A DNA stretch of 64,000 nt from an uncultured virus (IMG/VR IMGVR_UViG_3300022925_000007). Its lineage: Duplodnaviria; Heunggongvirae; Uroviricota; Caudoviricetes. The stretch lies in IMG/VR virus record IMGVR_UViG_3300022925_000007; one strand, 5' to 3'. The translations under genes and the position numbers were made by a program. Within the stretch, counting starts at the first letter, position 1, and each line of letters starts with the position of its first letter. The notes below the pieces were generated by a model that saw only the letters and a list, made by a program, of their open reading frames with translations, was not told the DNA's origin and searched no databases. Positions 57,861-64,000 of the stretch are shown in pieces.

Positions 57861-58160
57861 ATGCTTAATTCGATCCTTTCAATGTTTAATAAAAAACCCT
57901 ACAAAGACTTTTTCTGTCGCGACTTTTTTTACAGAAAATTCAATGAGGACGTACAACCATCTGCCTTAGTCTGGCACCGAGATTCTTGTAACAGAGTCGT
58001 TAAGGTTTATGCCGGACGTGGTTGGAAAATTCAGTTTGACGATGAGTTGCCAAGGGAATTAACCATAAACGAAGAAGTCATTATACCTAAATACCGTTAC
58101 CATAGATTAATCAAAGGAGAGGGCGAACTTCTTCTTAAGATACACTGCGATGGAGAGTAA
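57861..58160 (+). CDS. Cupin-like protein
   Basis: LVWHRD...IPKYRYHRLIKG. Confidence 0.65.
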   Translation: MLNSILSMFNKKPYKDFFCRDFFYRKFNEDVQPSALVWHRDSCNRVVKVYAGRGWKIQFDDELPRELTINEEVIIPKYRYHRLIKGEGELLLKIHCDGE

Positions 58161-58161
58161 G

Positions 58162-58653
58162 ATGCGTTCCTTTATGGATTATTTGTCAGAGTTAACTGCT
58201 AAGCAAAAAGCAGAAATAGCAGATCGGAAAGCAAGGCGCACAGGTGGAAGACTCGTAAAGATGGGCGCACCAAAGAAGAAACCAGCTGCGCCTAAGCAAG
58301 AACCAGAAAAGAAAGTCAAGAAAGTATACGATAGCGAACGAGCGCGTAAAGACGCTGTTCGGGATGGCGCTGGTAAAAGCGATAGACCGTTGAGTAAAGC
58401 AGTGGTGACTAAGGGTGATGGAACTGGCGTCAATAAAAAAGGCGACGAGCATATAGTCATGGCACTGCGTAAAGCACAGGACGCTCAAAAGATGGGCGGC
58501 GATTCGTCAATTAAAGTTTCCCCAACAGGTAAGAAGGTAAAGGTAAGCAAGAAGTCTGTAGATCGTTTGCTTGGCATTTACGATAAGTTAGATAAACCCG
58601 AAGACAAGCGGAAGTTTAGAGTTTCTTTAATTAAGAAATTGCGTTCGGTATGA
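58162..58653 (+). CDS. Basic putative internal head protein
   Basis: GGAG SD; MRSFMDYLSE. Confidence 0.6.
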   Translation: MRSFMDYLSELTAKQKAEIADRKARRTGGRLVKMGAPKKKPAAPKQEPEKKVKKVYDSERARKDAVRDGAGKSDRPLSKAVVTKGDGTGVNKKGDEHIVMALRKAQDAQKMGGDSSIKVSPTGKKVKVSKKSVDRLLGIYDKLDKPEDKRKFRVSLIKKLRSV

Positions 58654-59033
58654 TCTATAAGTTCTACAGTTATCTTATTTCTTTTGGTATATTGGCAGGT
58701 GTTGTTGGTGCGGGTTACTTGTACTACAAGGATTCACAAAAGAAAATAGCACAACTGACAGAAAGTAATGCCGAACTAAAATTTACCGCCGAACTTTGCG
58801 AACGGACAGTTGACAGTTTATCAAAGGACATCCTTAGAACACAACGATTGGTGACAGATCTAGAAGAAAAGAATAAAGAAGCAGAAGAATACAGTAGTGA
58901 GTTGTTGCGTAGACTTCAGGAGCATGACCTTGTAGCACTGACGTTTAACAAACCAGGTCTGATAGAGAAAAGAGTGAACAATGCAACTAAAAAAGTTTTT
59001 AGAGACATCGAGTCTATTACTGCTCTCGATTAG
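58650..59033 (+). CDS. Inner-membrane spanin (Rz-like)
   Basis: N-terminal TM, coiled coil, KPGLIEKRVN; overlaps a lipoprotein gene. Confidence 0.75.
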   Translation: MIYKFYSYLISFGILAGVVGAGYLYYKDSQKKIAQLTESNAELKFTAELCERTVDSLSKDILRTQRLVTDLEEKNKEAEEYSSELLRRLQEHDLVALTFNKPGLIEKRVNNATKKVFRDIESITALD

Positions 59034-59418
59034 TTTATTTGGTTGCGCTGGAGTACAGGATACTGTAGTACAAACTAAATATATAAACCAGAACATACAA
59101 TTACAATCAAGACCAAGTCCTGTTAACTTGCTTGATGTAACTTTTTACGCAGTAAGCGAGAAAAACCTAGATGAGTTTTTAGGGAAGATTGAAGAAAAGG
59201 ATGGTGACATTGTATTCTTTGCTATATCAGTGGCGGGTTATGAGAACCTTTCGCTGAACGTTGCTGAATTGAGGCGCTATATTGAACAGCAGAAATCTCT
59301 GATTGTGTACTATGAAGAAAACATAGAAGAAAGTAACAAGAAGACACGAGAAGACGAGGAAGAAGTTGTTCAAACTGGATCGATCACTCGATTAAAAGAA
59401 ACGCTGGGCATAGAATAA
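58981..59418 (+). CDS. Outer-membrane spanin lipoprotein (Rz1-like)
   Basis: LFGC lipobox; overlaps the i-spanin. Confidence 0.75.
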   Translation: MQLKKFLETSSLLLLSISLFGCAGVQDTVVQTKYINQNIQLQSRPSPVNLLDVTFYAVSEKNLDEFLGKIEEKDGDIVFFAISVAGYENLSLNVAELRRYIEQQKSLIVYYEENIEESNKKTREDEEEVVQTGSITRLKETLGIE

Positions 59419-59431
59419 TAAAGGACCCATA

Positions 59432-59746
59432 ATGGAACACGATAGTATCACGTACAACAGACGTGCGACTGATGTACGGTTAGAACGTATAGAAACCAAG
59501 TTAGATGAACTTGGTAAAGTTTTAATTGCTCTTGCAAGAACCGAAGAGAAGGTTCATGCAATGGAAGACGACAAAATAGTACAATGGGAAGTGTTAAATA
59601 AGTTGGAAGCGAAGATTGACATTATGGAAGTTCAACTAAACGATGCAGCAAGAACTATGAAGATAATCCATAAATTCTTTTGGATCGCTGTTGCTGGCGC
59701 GGCAACTTATTTCATGCCATCATTATTAGGAACCTTTCCAGTATAA
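59432..59746 (+). CDS. Coiled-coil protein with C-terminal TM (holin-like possible)
   Basis: Follows the spanins; FWIAVAGAATYF. Confidence 0.5.
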   Translation: MEHDSITYNRRATDVRLERIETKLDELGKVLIALARTEEKVHAMEDDKIVQWEVLNKLEAKIDIMEVQLNDAARTMKIIHKFFWIAVAGAATYFMPSLLGTFPV

Positions 59747-59749
59747 ATA
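59742..59749 (+). promoter_or_regulatory. Late promoter TATAAATA
   Basis: Exact consensus. Confidence 0.75.
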
Positions 59750-59774
59750 GAATAAAATACCCTTGGAGGATAAA

Positions 59775-60470
59775 ATGGATATTCGTAAATTAGCAAATGT
59801 ATATAAGGAGATGGCGGAAGCTTTGTCTCCTAAGCAAAAGAAACTCGACGTTGACGGCGACGGAGACATCGAGGGCGATGATCTTGCTGCATTGCGCGCA
59901 AAGAAAGCTAAGAAAGAAGAGCGCGAAGAGTGTCCGAAGTGCGAGGGCAAAGGTTGCGACCACTGTGATGGCAAAGGTTATCACGAAGTCAGCGAAGAAA
60001 CAGAAGTCAGCGAAGAAACAGAAGTCACCGAAGGCGAACTTCCGCCTGCCCTCAAAAAGGCAATGAAGAAGAAAGAAGAAAGTGATGACGACGATGACGA
60101 TGATGACGATGATGACGATGATGACGATGATGAGTCGAAGAAAAAGAAAGTCGAAAGCAAGAAGATGAAGAAAGAAGATATCGACCTTGAGTCTATGTCA
60201 GGTAAAACTTGGCGCGACCTTTTGCTTTCCGTTTATGAAGATAAGGCACAGCATACAAAAGGTGCCACCAAACCAGAAACTCATGATAGCAAAGAGTCTG
60301 GTAAGGCGAAAGAATTTGCAAACATGCACAAGAAGTCCGAGAAGGAATACGAGGACCAAGAAGAGAAGGGGCATGAAGACGCATCCAAAGCAGGTCGTGT
60401 GACTAGTCAGGCACCTGCTCGGAACGCTGCTGACAAACTGAACGTCGGCGATAAGAAAGTTGTTAAATAA
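59775..60470 (+). CDS. Low-complexity charged late protein (DxDxDG loop, CxxCxGxG, poly-Asp)
   Basis: DVDGDGDIE, CPKCEGKGCDHCDGKG, D16. Confidence 0.7.
   Translation: MDIRKLANVYKEMAEALSPKQKKLDVDGDGDIEGDDLAALRAKKAKKEEREECPKCEGKGCDHCDGKGYHEVSEETEVSEETEVTEGELPPALKKAMKKKEESDDDDDDDDDDDDDDDDESKKKKVESKKMKKEDIDLESMSGKTWRDLLLSVYEDKAQHTKGATKPETHDSKESGKAKEFANMHKKSEKEYEDQEEKGHEDASKAGRVTSQAPARNAADKLNVGDKKVVK
60084..60131 (+). repeat. (GAY)16 poly-Asp microsatellite
   Basis: GAT/GAC tandem run. Confidence 0.9.
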
Positions 60471-60483
60471 CCAGGAGTAAACT

Positions 60484-60720
60484 ATGGACATTATTGTTTT
60501 AGCATTGTTAGCAGGTGCAGTGGGATTCGTCATTTGGCGTATGTCAAAAGGCGAAGGTTCGTCTGAGGGCGTTGGCGGTGTACCAACCTTCACGGATGAA
60601 GAATTGATGAAGATGAAGAAGGATTCGATTGAAGAAGTCGGACGCAATCACGGCATCGAACTTGATCGACGTATGACCAAGGCAAATATGATTAAGGAAC
60701 TTCGTAAGCAACTTCCCTAA
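60484..60720 (+). CDS. Membrane-anchored protein with HeH/Rho-N-like motif
   Basis: N-terminal TM; LMKMKK...GIELDRRMTKANMI. Confidence 0.6.
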   Translation: MDIIVLALLAGAVGFVIWRMSKGEGSSEGVGGVPTFTDEELMKMKKDSIEEVGRNHGIELDRRMTKANMIKELRKQLP

Positions 60721-60740
60721 TCTAGCCGAAAGGATTATTA

Positions 60741-61109
60741 ATGCAACTTTTTGAAGAGCTGGACGATAAAAACTTTTTGTGGTATGCAGCGAAAAATTAT
60801 TATAATCCTACCTGTATAGATGCCGAAGAATTTTTTGATGACCTCAAGCGTTTCAATTATCTGAAACGCTTGGTCAATCGCTACAAGGATAACGATGACT
60901 TATCAGAGCGATTGATGTTGAATCATATCATTATCATCTTCAACGTCTTTGGTATTGAACCAGGATTGAAAATGCTAGAGTTCAAACTGGGTCTGAATAA
61001 TTGGTATATTATCAAACCCTTTCTAGTGTTTCTCAAATTAATTAGAAACGACCAGTACGTGGATGTGGTTATGGATCCAAGAATAGTAGAAGTTTTGAGG
61101 CAAATCTGA
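60741..61109 (+). CDS. Conserved hypothetical T4-like phage protein
   Basis: YYNP.C...EFFDDLKRF.YLKRL...LNHII. Confidence 0.8.
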   Translation: MQLFEELDDKNFLWYAAKNYYNPTCIDAEEFFDDLKRFNYLKRLVNRYKDNDDLSERLMLNHIIIIFNVFGIEPGLKMLEFKLGLNNWYIIKPFLVFLKLIRNDQYVDVVMDPRIVEVLRQI

Positions 61110-61690
61110 TGGGGTTACTCTCTAGAGCAGGCGATTTAGTCTACACTCTCAGATTCCTGAGACTCCTCACTACAAAATTCGAAGACACGAACGCATACAA
61201 GTTGGGTCTAATAGACGATAAGGGCGCGAAACTCAGGAAACCCCAAACGTCTGATGAGAAGTCTGCTTATAATATCTTTCACCGTTTGGTGTTCAATCTT
61301 AAAAAACTCTTAGCGAAAGCTCCTGGCGGTTCAAGCAAGATCGCCTCATATGCAGCTGCTTTGTTTCTTATCAAAGAAAAGTATAATATGAGCGAGGAAA
61401 GTCTTGAGCGTATTCTCAAGGAATCGGGGTTAGAAGTAATAGATATCCTAAACGAAAGCAATACATGGTTCTTATCCGAGAACAAAATGTTATCGCCAGG
61501 GATATATAAAGTTCGTAACGAAAAACTTCTGAACTCTACTTGCGAAGAACTTGTTTCCCCCAAGGATAAGGTGCGTGTCTCAGAAGACGCTTATCCTATC
61601 GGTGATGTATTTGGTATGGATATATATGAAGCAACTCACGTAAACACCGGTCAAAAGATATATGTCACAATCGGAGAACTAGAAAAATGA
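61109..61690 (+). CDS. Conserved hypothetical T4-like phage protein
   Basis: AYKLGLIDDKG, FHRLVFNLKK, YAAALFLIKE. Confidence 0.8.
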   Translation: MGLLSRAGDLVYTLRFLRLLTTKFEDTNAYKLGLIDDKGAKLRKPQTSDEKSAYNIFHRLVFNLKKLLAKAPGGSSKIASYAAALFLIKEKYNMSEESLERILKESGLEVIDILNESNTWFLSENKMLSPGIYKVRNEKLLNSTCEELVSPKDKVRVSEDAYPIGDVFGMDIYEATHVNTGQKIYVTIGELEK

Positions 61691-61845
61691 AATCGTTTGT
61701 AGACCTAAGGAAGGAGATGATGACATCTGCTGATGCAGGTATTCCGCAAGATACTGCGAATATGGGTCCTAAGAAAAAGAAACTGTATCCTATCACACGT
61801 AGATTCATAGAGGTAAACGGCAAGCGCAAAAAAATACTGCGATAA
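61687..61845 (+). CDS. Small basic protein (52 aa)
   Basis: ATGA coupling; MKSFVDLRKE. Confidence 0.6.
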   Translation: MKSFVDLRKEMMTSADAGIPQDTANMGPKKKKLYPITRRFIEVNGKRKKILR

Positions 61846-61853
61846 TGTTATGC

Positions 61854-61882
61854 TTTACTTTTGACTTCAATTAAAGTATTAT
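61854..61882 (+). promoter_or_regulatory. Sigma70-like promoter for nrdA (cassette core without the IHF site)
   Basis: TGC-TTTACT-N17-TATTAT. Confidence 0.6.
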
Positions 61883-61941
61883 AGATAAAACAAGGGTAGT
61901 GGTGTCCCCTTGTTTTTTTTTATTTTTATAAGAGAGAGAAT

Positions 61942-63744
61942 ATGTCTAAGAAAGAATATATGGGAATCGTGATTGACTACTCTAGGGATGAACTGTTTGA
62001 CAAACTAGGGCATCAAAGGTTGATTGAAAGTTATATGATGGAAAGTGAGACGTCTCCCCAAGAGCGATTCGCATATGTCAGTAAGACATTTTCCAGTAAC
62101 GATGAGCACGCACAACGTCTTTATGATTATGCTTCAAAGCATTGGTTATCATATTCTACGCCGATACTCTCATACGGTCGCTCCAGACGCGGCATGCCGA
62201 TCTCATGCTTCTTAAATTATATCAACGATACCGCTGAAGGGTTGGTGGAAAACCTCTCTGAGACGAACTGGCTTTCCATGCTGGGGGGTGGCGTTGGTAT
62301 CGGGTTTGGTATTCGTGCCTCTGATGATAAGTCCACTGGTGTTATGCCACACCTTAAAACCTATGACGCTTCTTCTCTCGCTTATCGTCAGGGTCGTACA
62401 CGCCGTGGTTCCTATGCTGCTTATCTAGATATTTCACATCCCGATATCATGATGTTCCTCGAGATGCGTAAACCAACAGGCGATCAGAATATTCGCTGTT
62501 TGAACCTACATCATGGTTTAAACATTTCCGACCGTTTCATGGAATTAATCGAGCGTTGTATGCAAGACGCTGACGCTGATGACGGTTGGAACCTCTGTGA
62601 TCCAAATACAGGCGAGGTGCGCGAAACCGTATCGGCACGTGCTCTATGGCAGAAGATTCTAGAACTGCGTATGGAAACAGGCGAACCGTACTTGCACTTC
62701 ATCGACACCAGCAACCGTTTAATGCCTGAGTTTCAAAAAGAGAAAGGACTGCGTATTAATCAGTCTAACCTATGCTCTGAGATTATTCTTCCAACCAGCA
62801 AAGATCGCACTGCGGTTTGCTGCTTATCTTCGGTGAACCTAGAGCATTACGACTCGTGGTCGAAGAACGGTCAGTTTCTAAAAGATATGGCAGAGATGCT
62901 TGATAACGTGCTCGCTCACTTTATTGAGCATGCACCTGACGCAGTAAGTCGAGCAAAGTTCTCCGCAAGGCAAGAACGCAGTATCGGTATAGGCGCACTC
63001 GGATTTCATGCTTACCTACAAAAGCATATGATCGAGTGGGAATCATGGCAAGCGACTAGCGCAAATGTAAGGATGTTTAAACACATCAGGAGTAAGTTAG
63101 ATGAAGCAAACATGGAACTTGGTGAAGAACGAGGTGAAGCGCCTGATGCGGCAGGCACAGGAAGAAGATTTAGTCACGTTATGGCTATCGCTCCCAATGC
63201 TAGTAGTAGTATTATTATGGGTAACACTTCACCGTCTATTGAACCATTTAGAGCAAATGCTTACAGGCAAGACACGCTATCTGGAGCGCATCTCAATAAG
63301 AATAAGTATTTGGCAAAACTGGTTAAAGTCAAAATTGAAGCAGGGGAAACTAGATTAAGCGAAGATGAGATCTGGTCATCTATAATCTCTAGCGATGGTT
63401 CCTGTCAACACCTAACCTTCCTGAGTCAGGATGAGAAGAACGTGTTCAAGACGGCAATGGAAATCGACCAGCGTTGGATCGTCGACCATGCGGCAAAGCG
63501 CCAGATGTTTATTGATCAGGCACAATCCTTAAATATCTTTTTTAGACCCGATGTGCATATCAAGTATCTCCATGCTGTTCACTTTCTTGCTTGGAAGAAC
63601 GGTCTTAAGACGTTATACTACTGCCGCTCAGAGAAACTCGGTAAAGCAGATAAAGTCTCGAGGCGTATCGAACGTGATGTCATTAAGGAGATTAACCTCG
63701 GTGATATAGTCGAGGACGGCGGATGCCTCGCCTGTGAAGGTTGA
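61942..63744 (+). CDS. nrdA: Ribonucleotide reductase class I alpha subunit
   Basis: ISCFL, SNLCSEI, APNASSS, KTLYY, C-terminal CLACEG. Confidence 0.95.
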   Translation: MSKKEYMGIVIDYSRDELFDKLGHQRLIESYMMESETSPQERFAYVSKTFSSNDEHAQRLYDYASKHWLSYSTPILSYGRSRRGMPISCFLNYINDTAEGLVENLSETNWLSMLGGGVGIGFGIRASDDKSTGVMPHLKTYDASSLAYRQGRTRRGSYAAYLDISHPDIMMFLEMRKPTGDQNIRCLNLHHGLNISDRFMELIERCMQDADADDGWNLCDPNTGEVRETVSARALWQKILELRMETGEPYLHFIDTSNRLMPEFQKEKGLRINQSNLCSEIILPTSKDRTAVCCLSSVNLEHYDSWSKNGQFLKDMAEMLDNVLAHFIEHAPDAVSRAKFSARQERSIGIGALGFHAYLQKHMIEWESWQATSANVRMFKHIRSKLDEANMELGEERGEAPDAAGTGRRFSHVMAIAPNASSSIIMGNTSPSIEPFRANAYRQDTLSGAHLNKNKYLAKLVKVKIEAGETRLSEDEIWSSIISSDGSCQHLTFLSQDEKNVFKTAMEIDQRWIVDHAAKRQMFIDQAQSLNIFFRPDVHIKYLHAVHFLAWKNGLKTLYYCRSEKLGKADKVSRRIERDVIKEINLGDIVEDGGCLACEG

Positions 63745-64000
63745 GGATCATTTCAAAATCGAAAGAATACTTGACGCAGCAGATATGAAAAGTCTGCTCG
63801 AGTATTTTGATTCTGCAGATGTTGAAGAATATCATCAGAACTATAATCTATTCGATGTGATCTATCAAAGGGTGCCATCAAAGCACCCTGTTTTGTCTAA
63901 GTTGATAAAGTATGCGGGGATGTCTTTGAAGGCATCCTACATGTTAAAGTATGAAGAAGGTTCCTTCGCTCGCGCTCATCAAGATGATGACTCTGACTTG
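63734..64000 (+). CDS. Putative 2OG-Fe(II) oxygenase (3' truncated by window edge)
   Basis: LKYEEGSFARAHQD (Y..G.....HxD). Confidence 0.55.
   Translation, partial: MKVEDHFKIERILDAADMKSLLEYFDSADVEEYHQNYNLFDVIYQRVPSKHPVLSKLIKYAGMSLKASYMLKYEEGSFARAHQDDDSDL

Noticed and set aside
1..64000. Alternative genetic code or stop-codon reassignment
   Set aside because: Core genes are full length under the standard code, and TAA, TAG and TGA all occur as stops

Overview
A 64 kb segment of a T4-like (Tevenvirinae-related) myophage genome, probably marine, with almost every gene on the + strand. It holds the virion block (gp14-gp23, gp3), uvsY/uvsW, gp55, gp47/46, gp45/44/62, regA, hsp20, gp43, uvsX, gp41, dam, an accessory region of small ORFs, late genes, spanins and nrdA. 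A gammaproteobacterial host is inferred from IHF-consensus sites and a TonB-box-like peptide. Main leads: (1) a four-gene thymine-hypermodification operon (TET/JBP dioxygenase, amino acid:DNA transferase, GNAT, P-loop kinase), three of whose enzymes end in a tail resembling the polymerase's clamp-binding tail; (2) a 231-nt TG-free stretch carrying a small gene whose SD-positioned start codon is ATC; (3) six copies of an early-promoter cassette with an IHF site at invariant spacing; (4) a cluster of proteins with capsid-targeting-like N-termini, including an RNA-ligase-like enzyme; (5) a ROSE-like thermometer and Pho-box-like repeats near hsp20. All calls come from reading motifs and synteny by eye. 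No database searches were run.
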